A DNA stretch of 63,664 bases, counting the filler, from Octopus bimaculoides (Eukaryota): NCBI RefSeq assembly GCF_001194135.2. It is 4 parts of 4 records of this genome, joined end to end, with 100 filler letters (N's around TTAATTAATTAA, not from the genome) between each part and the next. Parts side by side here need not be neighbours in the genome. Positions count along the whole stretch, not along the records: positions 18,986 to 49,850 come from NC_068999.1; 3 more parts are not named here. The stretch is one strand, 5' to 3'. Below, one piece after another: positions 25,617-36,530 of this stretch. The notes under the pieces were generated by a model that was given only the letters and a program-made list of their open reading frames with translations, did not search any database and had not been told where the DNA came from. Each line of letters starts with the position of its first letter. The first letter of the stretch is position 1. The position numbers and the translations under genes are program-made.

Positions 25617-26653
25617 AACAACAAACAAGATGAGGACAAATATCTGTCAAATGTAAATAATGTACATAATTCCTCATCTCTTAAATATAGAACTGTATTA
25701 TCTAATCAGTACAGAGCTAACTTTACACTTCAATAGAGACATATAGAAAAACTCCATCAAAAACTAGCTTGTCTTTCAAACCATCTAACTTTCCTGTGTA
25801 GATGTAGAGACTCAAAGCTTATACCACCTGGCTTAAATATAATGACACCAGTAGATTCACATAAAGCTAGAAGAGTAGCGGAAAGGGCAGGGCATGCCCT
25901 CATCCATGAGAGGATCCATTACAACCACTGGAAAAAACATCAACTAAATAACAAAATCAAAAAGAGGTTATATTCATTACTTAGGAAAATAACCAGAGAT
26001 GATGACAGAAAGAGAATCCAACAAGATCTAGAAAAGTCGTACATAAAAGAATTTGAAATGGTGAAAACACACCAGATTAAGAAGTTTATGTAACCCAAAG
26101 GTCAGAGAATGAAGACTGAAGTCCGTCACCCACCTGTGAAAGCAGTAATTAATGTAAGTCTAGAAAAGTTTGCTTTCAAAAGACTAGTGACAATTCCATC
26201 ATAATAGTTCCAGAGGACAAGGGAAATGCTACCGTGGTGATGAACAAGTCTGACTACTTGGAAAAATTGACAACTCTTATAAGTGATGGTAGCTATAACA
26301 AAGAAAAGAAAGACTCAACTCTGAAAACAGAGAGGAAGTTGTCACAGATCTTGATCAAGAACAAGGATCACTTTACACCAATGAAGTACAGACAACTGAC
26401 TCAACACCACAATAAACTACTACACATATATGGTAGGATGGTATTCCACTAAGACCTAGTTGAGGTTCAGCATGTCAATATTGTACGTGAAGAATTCCAC
26501 CTACTTCACAGAATTGATCAAGGATACCCCCACTGAATCCAACCAGATGGTGAGTATAGATGTGATAAGTCTGTTCACCAAAGTCCCAACTGGCGAAGTA
26601 CTTACTATTTTTTAAATCTCACAATGAGAGATATTCAGCAACAGTACTTTGTA

Positions 26654-26825
26654 GTAAAGATTGTTTGCCAACATAGCATGGCAATCCTGGTTTAGGACGA
26701 ATATTGCTGTAATTTAGCCCCAGGAGACATTGTCTTCAGCTGGCTATAAGGACACAGATCATGTCATATAAGGACACAGATCATATTATGTTGACTGCCA
26801 TATTATGCTGACAAACAATCTTTAC
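26654..26825. mobile_element. MITE with ~33-bp imperfect inverted repeats inserted in the PLE RT
   Basis: gtaaagattgtttgccaacatagcatggcaatc / gactgccatattatgctgacaaacaatctttac. Confidence 0.75.
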
Positions 26826-28069
26826 TGGTGAAGCACTATCAGTGATTGATTCGAGAAAAACTAGTAACAGACACCCATCTAAAAGAACACACTAGTATAC
26901 CAATAAGAAACCTGATGGAAATGTTGATCTTCTGTGTAGAAACTACCTACTTCAGTTTGGACACTGATATATATCAACAAGAAGAGGGTTTAGCTATGGG
27001 TTCACCATTATCACCAATAATAGCCAATATGTACATGGAATNNNNNNNNNNACCATTATCACCAATAATAGCCAATATGTACATGGAATACTTTGAGAAT
27101 TTGGCTTTAGGATCAACACCACTAAAACCAACCCTATGGCTGTGATATGTAGATGATACCTTTATACTCTGGCCCCACCAGGAAGATGTCCAAGTGCTGT
27201 TAGATCATGTGAACACAAAAAAGCCATCCACACAGTTGACAATGGAAAAAGACAAAGACAACCAGCTAGCATTCCGGGATGTATTAATAACATGCACCAA
27301 GCATGAATTCAGGACATCTGTATACCGCAAGCCAACCTTCACTGGATGATACCTCAACTTCATTTCCCACTATCCATACAATGTAAAGAAAGGGATTGCT
27401 CAGTGCCTGAAACATCGAGCAAAGAATATAAGTATACACACTACAAAGAAATGATCAAGCTCAATAACAATCTATTAAGCAACATACTATCCCAAAAACA
27501 TACTATCCACTCCAATTATGAAGAAAAGAGGGGATGAAACCAATAAACTGTCCACAGTCTGTCTACCCTATGTGAAAGGCGTCTCTGAAAAGATACAAAA
27601 GATATGCGGCCCATATGACATTAGGACAGTATTCAAGAGTAATACAACACTTCGCAAATATCTCCTTCGAGTAAAACCACCAACAGAAGAGAATATGACC
27701 AAAAACTGCGTATACTCCATCCCATGCAGCTGTGGTAGGTCATACAAAGGCGAAACATGTCGCCCCCTCAAAATAAGGGTAGAGGAATATCACAAAGCTG
27801 TGACACGAGGAGATATTGATAAATTGGGTATAGCTGATCATATATGGAAAAATGGAGACCACCTCCTGCTGTAGGATGAAGTTAAAATAATAGACAGAGA
27901 ACACCACTGGAAAATAAGAAAACTAAAAGAAGCAGCACATAGGCTAAGACACAACAACCTCCTAAGCAGACCGAGTGCAGATATGAGTAGCATATGGGAA
28001 GTGGTATTAAGGAAGGATAGAAATATGTTAGATTTATAAGCCCTAAAATTCACTCCATAGTTGCCCACT

Positions 28070-28140
28070 GGCATATGGCGTAGTGGTTAAGAGCGCAAGC
28101 TACTAACCCTAAGATTCCGAGTTCGATTCCAGGCAGTGGC
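28070..28140 (+). promoter_or_regulatory. tRNA-Arg-like Pol III A/B-box module in 3' pLTR
   Basis: A box TGGCGTAGTGG (28076-28086), B box GTTCGATTCC (28121-28130); CT-ACT-AA loop; AAGATTCCGAGTTCGATTCCAGGC resembles tRNA-Arg(ACG) AAGATTCCAGGTTCGACTCCTGGC. Confidence 0.8.
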
Positions 28141-28302
28141 TATAATAATAATGATGATGATGATGATGATGATAACATTGAAAAATACCTTAAGAATGAG
28201 AACCTCGGTTCGAAATTTCCAAGCAGTGACCTGAACAATAACAATAATAATAACATCAAAAAATACCTATGGAATGAGAACCCAGGTTCGAAATTTCCCC
28301 AA

Positions 28303-28348
28303 GACACCTGATGAAGGCTGGAGAGTATATCAGCCAAAACGTTGTGTT
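28303..28348 (+). ncRNA. Minimal hammerhead ribozyme (3' pLTR, copy 3)
   Basis: GACAC-CTGATGA-A-GGCTG..CAGCC-AAAA-CGTT-GTGTT; G12>A consistent with CpG decay. Confidence 0.7.
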
Positions 28349-28479
28349 AACAACAAACAAGATGAGGACAAATATCCGTCAAATGTAAATAATGTTAAAT
28401 TCCTTTGTTATTGACTATGATGTACAAGAGGGGGTTGAGACCCTGAAGTCAATGCTATACTCATTGCTAACCTTCACCT

Positions 28480-28655
28480 TACTGACAGCATTCCTATACA
28501 TGACTGTATAGCTCTCACCAACCACTCATCCCAACTTCCGCACTGACCACCAGATAAGGGAGTGGGGTCTCTGTCAAAGGCTTCTCCATGTCAACAAAAG
28601 CCAGGTACAGGGGTTTATTCTTGGCTAGATTTTTCTCCTGCAGTTTGCCTAACCA
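28480..28655 (-). mobile_element. RTE LINE RT fragment
   Basis: LQEKNLAKNKPLYLAFVDMEK, matching the RTE at 34260-34330. Confidence 0.85.
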
Positions 28656-28664
28656 GGAATATAT

Positions 28665-29912
28665 ATGTTCATTAAAGATTTCCCCTGAACCACTTCCAGT
28701 TATTGCAGGAAATGGAACTTGTACAGGTATAATCATATATGCCTCTACATGTCACAGTGTAAATTGCAGCTTTGTACTAGTATTCATTTGTCTTTTACGG
28801 TTGCTGAAGTGGACTAAGGTGTTATAATGGAGGCAGCTGAATGCAGATCAGTGACCAGGTTCTTATACTTGAAAGGTTGTACACCAAAAGGACTTTCAAT
28901 GAGATGAAAGAAATTTATGGTGACGATGCATCATCATACAACGTAGTCATGCACTGGCATTATCAGTTCAAATGTGGTTGGATATTGGTGGAAACTGCTC
29001 GTACCACATTTTGCCATTAATGATGACACCATCCATAAAGTGGAAGCCACCATTTTGGAGGATCATGGCATAACTATTCAGCAACTAGCCCAAGAAGTAA
29101 AGATAAGTGTAGGGTCTGTGGAAAAAAATTAATGACGACCATTTGCACATGCAGAAGTTGTCTGCATGATGGATTCCCTGGATGCTCACACCTTTTCTGA
29201 AGCAGGAATAAGTTAATTGCTCCCAGGCTCTTTGGCAATATGCCAAGAAAATATGCCAAGAGGAGGACTTACCACACAGGATGAAACATGGGTCCATCAC
29301 TATGATCCTGAGACTAAAGTCCAGTTGAAGCAATGGAAGCATGATAACTCATCACCTCCAAAGAAGGCTTGTGTCCAACCCTTACTAGGCAAGGTGATGC
29401 TCACAGTCTTTTTGGACCAGCACAGAGTAGTGATGATGGATTTTCTGGCAAAGGGCACCACAATTAACAGGGCATATTATGCTTCCCTGCTGTAGAAATT
29501 GCAGGACGCCATCAAAGCAGAGAGGCATGGCATGCTGATCAAAGGAGTCCACCTCTTCTAAGACAATGCCACAGTTCACAATGCACATGTTGCCCAGATG
29601 AAAGTACACTCCTGTGGCTATGAAATCCTTCCTCACCCACCTTACTCTCCTGACCTCACACCATCTGATTTCCACCTCTTTCCAACCATGAAGTCTTTTT
29701 TGAAGAGGAAGCACTTTTCGGATGATGATGAACTTATTTCCAAGGTAAAGTCTTGGCTCCAGACGAGGTCTCCACAGCTGCATAAAGTGATGGGAGAAGT
29801 GTGTCACTATTCATGGTAGCTTGTAGAGAAGGACTAATAATTATGCCAAGTTTCGTTTATCTCAGTCCTTGGGAAGTGGATCAGGGGAAATCTTTAATGA
29901 ACATCCCTTGTA
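28665..29912 (+). mobile_element. mariner transposon (irritans-like, DD34D), pseudogenised, both TIRs
   Basis: TIRs 28665-28697 / 29872-29912 (ATGTTCATTAAAGATTTCCCCTGA.CCACTTCC); DETWVHHYDPE, DNATVH, HPPYSPDLTPSDFHLF. Confidence 0.9.
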
Positions 29913-30335
29913 GCTTCAGTCACGCTCCTCCTGCCTGGCATAAATCCGAACTGCATCTCATCTACACTAACTTTGATGAAAAAACACATTTGACCAACAC
30001 ATTGAACAAATGATCAATTGAACAAATGATCAATTGAACAAATAATCAATTAGTTAGTTGGTTAGATATTTAACCAATAAAAAAGTGATATTGAACCAGT
30101 GTGTGTGATATCATCAGCATAATGACCTTCCCAAGACACAACAAAATTTGTTTCAACACATAAATTCACATTAAGAATCTTGCAAAACAAATACAAATAT
30201 TTTAATTTTAATTATTTAAATATGTATCACAATTATGTAATTAGATATTTAATGTTTATCTTAATGAAACAGTTGTTGAAGTATATGTAAAATTCATGTT
30301 TTCCTGCTTTTATTCTAAATATGTTGCTCTTCAAG

Positions 30336-30386
30336 ATCATTTTAGAAGATTATGTATATATGTACAAGCCAGTCCACTTGCATTAG
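30336..30386 (+). CDS. Candidate exon (DHFRRLCIYVQASPLAL)
   Basis: ttgctcttcaag|...TAG|gtatca; phase 1-1; an alternative acceptor at 30345 gives another open frame. Confidence 0.3.
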   Translation: MILEDYVYMYKPVHLH

Positions 30387-30629
30387 GTATCACTACAGAA
30401 CGCCATACAATGGAGACAAACACAGTTTGAACACCCCAAAACACACCTTTTGCTTCATCATTTTCATGTCAAAAATATTTTCCAAGAAAAATTATATATC
30501 ATTTGAAAGTTTCTGATGTGAACTTTCTTCTCATATAGTTTTAATTAAAATCCAACAGTTACATATGTCAGGGCCCCTCAAACACCCTGGTATTTCCACA
30601 CATTTACAAAGTTTGTCCCATTTCAAACA

Positions 30630-31012
30630 TTGGGCAATATGCTGTGCTTGAGAAGAACTGTCAAACCAAGTGAAATCATGCCAGTGTCACGTAACTGGCA
30701 CCCATACTGGTGGCACATAAAAAAGTACCCTTTGAATGTTGGGCTTCATGGTGGTAGTGATAAGTGACCGAGACCTTGGCAATATACTGTACTCGAGAAA
30801 ACCTGTCAAGCCAAGTGAGATCATAGTCATGGCTGATGCCGGTGTTACATAACTAGCACCCATGCTGGAGGCACATAAAAAGCACCCACCACACTCTTGG
30901 AGTGGTTGGCGTTAGGAAACCATGCCAACTCTGATTGGAACCTGGTGCAGCACCCCAGCTTACCAGTTTTCAGTCAAACCGTCCAACACATGCCAGCACG
31001 GAAAATGGATGT

Positions 31013-31047
<35 letters not shown>
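30630..31047 (+). mobile_element. RTE LINE 3' UTR fragment with two tandem ~140-bp units and (GAT)n tail
   Basis: Ends in ccgtccaacacatgccagcacggaaaatggatgttgatgatgat, the tail shared by many copies in this window. Confidence 0.85.
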
Positions 31048-31639
31048 TAGGAAACCTGAACTGAAATTCTGCCAATCATAGCCATTTTTAATAGTCTATT
31101 GAAATTTTATTGAAACGGTATCGTGTCCCAAAATCTCATGATTTATTTACCTCCATACCTACTACAAAACTCAAGTTCCTGTGGCTTATAGTTTTAGATT
31201 TAGCTAGGTCTGAAAATACTGCAAAATCGACCATTTGTTACACATAACTAAATGAGCTTTACATAAATATTTAAAATATTGCCAAACAAAAGTTTTTGTT
31301 CCAAGAACCTGAGAAAAACAGGCAACTACTATACCATGATCGCTATTAATTTGTGTAATTTGAAGGAGACTATCACCTCAAATAAAGTTACTTATTCATT
31401 TAGGCAAAATAGGTAGAATTTCAACCAATTCATTGACCATTCAAATTGTTATATTTCCTAAAATATTCATCCAAATTTCACTAATGTGGTATCAAAATGT
31501 TTCTTTTTGAATTCTCATCAAGAAAAAGTACAGTAGAAATTACATTTAAATATTTTCAAAAACTGATACTGATATCTTACTTGCATTACTGTAATGTATT
31601 GGAGTTTAACAGCTTGTTATTTAATGAAGTCTTAACTAC

Positions 31640-32400
31640 TATGAATTTATTTTTTTACTCAATTTTTAATACCTCTGCCAAAGTATACGAATCTCAGAAG
31701 ATGCTCAGATAAGAAGTTTTGTCTTTTCAACTTCGTTTGTCTACTCTTCTGTTTCTGCGCAGATCATAAACCTCTTATTAGTTCTTTTCATTATCCTGTC
31801 TATTTCATTACCATGTCAACATGTAAATATAGTTTCAATAGTTTCGTCTTCCTCGTTGTTGCCTTAAGATAACCTTAGTTCACATATATCCTTAACCACC
31901 ACATATTCATTTATTCAAGTTTATCACAGTCACTTATTTCTCTAATTTTGTCATAGATTGGCTGACCAAAAACTCTCAGATTTTTCAATTCTATTTTACT
32001 ATTATCAATATTTGCTCTTTCGTTAAATTATGCTACCAAATACCAAAAGAATATTTTTCTCCCTCGTGTTCTGACCACCTTAACTCTGGTACCCCCTCTC
32101 TCTCTCTGCCTCACTCTGTCTCTCTCTCGACCTCACTCTGCCTGTCTCTCTCTCTCTCTTTTAATTACCACTCGCTTTGCCAAGACTTCCTCCTCCACCA
32201 CCACCCTAACCCTATATAAACTAGCATATGCACTTGGATTCCCCAACTCGATTTTTTAATACCTCTGCCGAAAGAATACGTACCCAGAAGATGCTCTCGT
32301 CTAAATTTGCTAGTTCGCGATACGCCCGCCCTCCGCCTGTACCGGAAGTTCCTATCCTCTGTCATCCTTTGGTTATCTCCCATGAACACTTCTAAAGGCT
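31640..32400 (-). mobile_element. Two degenerate LINE (CR1-like?) 3' remnants, 31640-31990 and 32165-32400
   Basis: Share gagcatcttctg.g..cgtat.ctt.ggcagaggtattaaaaa; clade assignment uncertain. Confidence 0.4.
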
Positions 32401-32479
32401 TTATGCCATCCCCACCCTTACTTAGGGCTTATCTCCTATGTAAGGTAGTGATCATATAGTGCATAAATATGATGGTGTA

Positions 32480-34435
32480 GTGTATGCAGGTTGAATTGAA
32501 GGCTATTGTTTGTTTATGAATTCTGCCAAATGCAAGCTTTCTTTTCAGGTACATGACAATGCTGTCCCCCGTCCCAGGGTCTCACAGGCGCACACCTCCC
32601 ACACCCTCAGGGTTGGCACTCTCAATGTCGGCACACTGAAAGGTAGGTCTGGTGAGATTGTTGAGATGCTTGGACGGAGACGTGTCATATGTGCTGCCTC
32701 CAAGAAGTAAGGTGGAGAGGAGGTTCCGCTAGGTTCCTCACAAGCAAAGAACACAGGTACAGGATTTTCTGGACACTGACGAGGTCGGGGGCATGGGTAT
32801 ACTTCTTGTGGGAATACTTAAGATTAGATTAGTGCTTCATCATGGGTTAGCAACCATTATCTCGGCCTATGACACCCGCTTGCAGACTACCTCGTTGACA
32901 AATGACAGGAACCTTCCATTTGTGACTGGTGACTTCAATGGACATGTTGGACAACATGCAGGGGCTTCCATGGCGTACATGGAGGTTGTGGTTTTGGTTC
33001 CCGCAATGAAGAGGGAACCAGGCTGCTAGAGTTCTGTGATGCAAATGATCTTATGGTTTGCAATACAAACTTCAGGAAACCTGCCAGTCACCTAGTCACC
33101 TACCATTCTGGCAGACACACTAGCCAAATTGACTACATCCTCACCAGAAAAAGGGAAAGATGGCTGCTTATAAATGCCAAAACCTTCCCAGGCAAAGAAT
33201 GTACCCCACAACATAGACTGGTAGTTAACGACTTCAGGATCAGGGCTAAATGGATGCCCACAAGATGACCAGCATGGAGGAGAAGGGTTTGGAAGTTTAA
33301 AGATCCTGCAAACGGACAGAGATTTAGAGACATATTACTCGAAGCCTTTGACGAAATAGAGGGGGATATAGCTTCAAACGATGTAGAAGACAACTGGAGG
33401 TTTCTATGGGACAACCTGCTGAGGGCCACTGACCAGATCTGTGGATGGTGCAAAGTCCCCTCTCGACCCAAAATAATGTGGTGGTGGAACAATGTTGTTG
33501 ACAGGGCTATTAGACAAAAGAAACAGGCTTGGAAGGACTGGAAGAACAGTGGTAGCAGAGAATTGTATCAGACTGCCAGAAGGGAAGCTAGGAGACAGGT
33601 TTATTTAGCCAGAGCGGAAGCAGATAAGAAAAAATTTGCCAATGTTCTGCGCCATGAGGACCAAAGACTTGACACTGCTGTCCCCCGTTGCAAGACAGTG
33701 TGTGAGAGAGAATCGTGATGTCATAGGAGAGAAATGTGTCCGCATGAATGATGGTTCACTTGCACTAAACAAGGCTGCAAAGAGAGAGGTTTGAAGACGC
33801 CACTATGAAAAGTTGCTCAATAATGGGAGAAAGAGAGTCTGCCGAATGTCGACCCAACAGAGGGACCAGCTATCTGAATTGACAGTACCTCATTGATAAA
33901 GCAATTAAGAGTATGAAAACAGGGAAAGCTCCCGACCCATCAGGAATCACTGCAGAGATGCTCAAAATATCTGGCAGTGTTGGCTATAACCTAGTCACTC
34001 GTATAGTTAACCAGGTGATACATGAAGGAGTCATACCCAATGACTGGTGTAGTAGCACCATAGTCAACTGCTACAAAGGTAAAGGTGACGCTTTAGATAC
34101 AAATAATTACAGAGGTATCAAGTTGTTGGATCAGGTAATGAAGGTCACGGAGAGGGTCATAGCCCAACTATTTAGGGAGAGAGTCAGTTTAGATGAGATG
34201 CAGTTTGGGTTTGTGCCAGGGAAAAGCACCACTGATGCTATATTTCTGGTAAGACAGTTGCAGGAGAAATACCTAGCCAAAGATAAACCTCTGTAACTGG
34301 CTTTTGTTGACATGGAGAAAGCCTTTGACAGGGTTCCCTGTTCCCTTATCTGGTGGTCAATGAGGAAACTTGGGATAGATGAGTGGTTAGTGAGAGCTGT
34401 GCAAGCCATGTACAGGGACGCTGTCAGTAAGGTTA
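32480..34435 (+). mobile_element. RTE LINE 5' half (APE endonuclease + RT N-part), pseudogenised
   Basis: LRVGTLNVGTLKGRSGEI; GDFNGHVG; SQIDYIL; QHRLVV; KAPDPSGI; NNYRGIKLL; LAFVDMEKAFDRV. Confidence 0.95.
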
Positions 34436-34599
34436 TGAGAAAAGAATAAGGAGTGGAGGATGAGTGAAAAGGGAGAATGTTAGTTTTGGTAGTAGTGGGG
34501 CTACGTGAGTGACTTGACCAAGTTTCAGCCTCCTGTGCATAATCTGGAAGGTTTGACCTCTGTGGTCCTGAATGAGTCTATGACTGAGATCTATTGGAC

Positions 34600-35500
34600 A
34601 GATCTTGTACTTACAGGCATTGACTTGCTCGGGTTTTGGGGTAGAATTTGGGTTGCTTCTTCCATACAGAAATTACAGTTTCCTGTTACCTATGTATTGA
34701 GCTGTTCTTGCTAGGATCTTCCATTGGAAGTCATATTTTTTCATGTAGGGTTGCAAGACTGTAGATGCTGATCACATTGGATTTTGAAGTTGTTAGCTGT
34801 AAGACCTATAGACACTTTGCAAGTATTGTGATAACCATATACAGTATTACGTTGAAGATGTTTGAAAGTGAACACTGTTTGGAGTTTGTGAAGTAGCACT
34901 TGATATAGGTTGCATTGTTTTCTCATGGATTATGTTAGTTAGGTTGTTATTCCTTTTGTTACTTATGTTGGGTAACTGTCATTATTTTCAAGATGGATCC
35001 TAATGGTAGTATTGCTAGTTTCATGGCTATTACTGCTCTAGGTAAAGTAGTGCCAGTAACATGGTTAATATTAGAATATTATATATTAGAATATGTTTTA
35101 TCCTAGTTATTATTGGCACTACTATTTAGGTTGGTCCTGTTATTATGAAGTTCATAGGTCATGTCATGGTTACTATTCTTGTTATAATGATTGTTACTAT
35201 TTCTATAATTACTAGAATCATAGTAGTATGTAATGAATTTAGCTGTATTGGATGAAGTGATATCTTGTACTATGCTAAGTGAAGTGGAGTGGGAGAATTT
35301 TATTATACTGTAGTTGAAAAGTTTTGCTGTATCTGTGCTAGGGATTCAGATGTTAGTCGGGCCTATGCCTGACTAGAAAATTTGGGCAAAAGAGGCAATG
35401 AGTTTGGAGTTACACAGAGGATTATATCATGTTATTTTTCTTTGTAGACTCTGCAGATTCTTTTCCTATTGTCATGATTGTGTGAGTTATTATCTCAGTT
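34600..35500 (-). mobile_element. Highly decayed Naiad-type PLE remnant (linker + GIY-YIG)
   Basis: RKIT*YNP, HRYSKTF.NYSIIKFSHS, SIGLTANNFK, QWKILAR, CNFCMEE across frameshifts. Confidence 0.7.
35448..35481 (+). CDS. Candidate exon (DSADSFPIVMIV), antisense within Naiad remnant
   Basis: gttatttttctttgtag|...|gtgagt; phase 1-2 links candidates 30336 and 37413, but it overlaps a TE remnant. Confidence 0.25.
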
Positions 35501-35680
35501 TTAAAAAACCTTCACAATGTAAATATGTTAATAGTTACCATGGGTAGCAAAAATTACACAAAAAACCAGGATATCACACCCGTTTTATAGGTAGATATAC
35601 CAAGTTGAAGTGATGCATTTTGAGTAGATATGAATAATAACAATAAATGGAGCAAAACGCATATAAATAAAAGTACCTTT

Positions 35681-35771
35681 AATTCCTACACATGTTTCAA
35701 AATATATGTGTACTCTACTCCAAAGAAGTAAGAGCTGCTGGAATTCCACATATATTCATCGTCAGGGAACC
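35681..35771 (-). ncRNA. Type I hammerhead ribozyme with extended stem II
   Basis: rc GGTTCC-CTGACGA-T-GAATATATGTG...CACATATATTT-T-GAAA-CATGTGTA-GGAATT. Confidence 0.8.
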
Positions 35772-35879
35772 AACATATAGAAGCAAGACAAATGCGAAAT
35801 GATGAGGTAACTTACGAGTTATAATATTACATGGCTAAGTAAGCGTCGGCAGTGTCGACGACGCTGATGCCACTGCCAC

Positions 35880-36060
35880 CACCACCACCACCACTATCAT
35901 CATCATCATCATCATCGAAAAATACCTTAGGAATGAGAAATCAGGTTCGAAATTTCCCCAAGACACCTGATGAAGGCTGGAGGGTATATCAGTCAAAACG
36001 TGTTAACAACAAACAAGATGAGGACAAATATCCGTCAAAAGTAAATAATGTAAATAATTT
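35880..36060 (+). mobile_element. Solo pLTR fragment of the Penelope family with decayed hammerhead (35962-36004)
   Basis: catcgaaaaataccttaggaatgaga...gacacctgatgaaggctggagggtatatcagtcaaaacgtgtt...gtaaataatgt. Confidence 0.9.
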
Positions 36061-36189
36061 ACATATGAATGAGTTTGAAAATATTCAGAAAGCTCTTTAC
36101 TGTAGTGGTAACAAAGGGCTTCTTTCTCAGTGTGAACAACATTCTATTATGTGTATGTGTATAAAGAGCAATGTTTAATATTGGTGAGA

Positions 36190-36530
36190 CATGAGCCTCA
36201 AATGTAAAGGAGTTGCAAAGACCAAGCTCTGGTGAATATGTAATTTGTTAGTATACATGGACAGTACAAATGATCTGAGAAAAATACTGGATATAAAAGG
36301 AATCAAATGTAATATGCAAGAAAGAAGACTGTGCTTGTATGGACAGGTGACACATATATAGGATGACAATTTTATAAAGAAATGCTAACCATATAAAATG
36401 GAATGTGGAAGAGGGTGATTAGAGTAGACAAAGACAATATGATGGAGTATGATCTCAAGATATTAAACCTCACAAAGGAGATGACAAGATCATGTTACTA
36501 GGTGATATGTAGTGCTGGAGAAGACCCAAA
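36190..36530 (+). mobile_element. Old RTE LINE 3' remnant
   Basis: LRKILDIKGIKCNMQERRLCLYGQV, resembling 50960-51040. Confidence 0.65.

Larger units (their letters stand above)
25224..28400 (+). mobile_element. Near full-length Penelope/Poseidon-type PLE with direct pLTRs (25224-25700; ~27862-28400)
   Basis: HLTFLCRCR..LIPPG N-terminus; DKGNATVVMN; DGIPLRP; DVISLFTKVP; GLAMGSPLSP; YVDD; GIY-YIG VYSIPCSCGRSYKGET; KLKEAAH; disrupted by stops, deletions and a MITE. Confidence 0.95.

Noticed and set aside
27003-27089. 38-bp direct repeat (PLSPIIANMYME twice) around a 10-N gap
   Set aside because: Contig-overlap artefact; the similar duplicate flanking the gap at 15962-16069 is rejected for the same reason.
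28070-28140. Functional tRNA gene
   Set aside because: Acceptor stem incomplete, anticodon stem only 3 bp, ACT anticodon, no T-run terminator; all tRNA-like sequences here are retroelement-derived.
28699-28716. 18-nt microexon EMELVQ
   Set aside because: Lies within the mariner left end.
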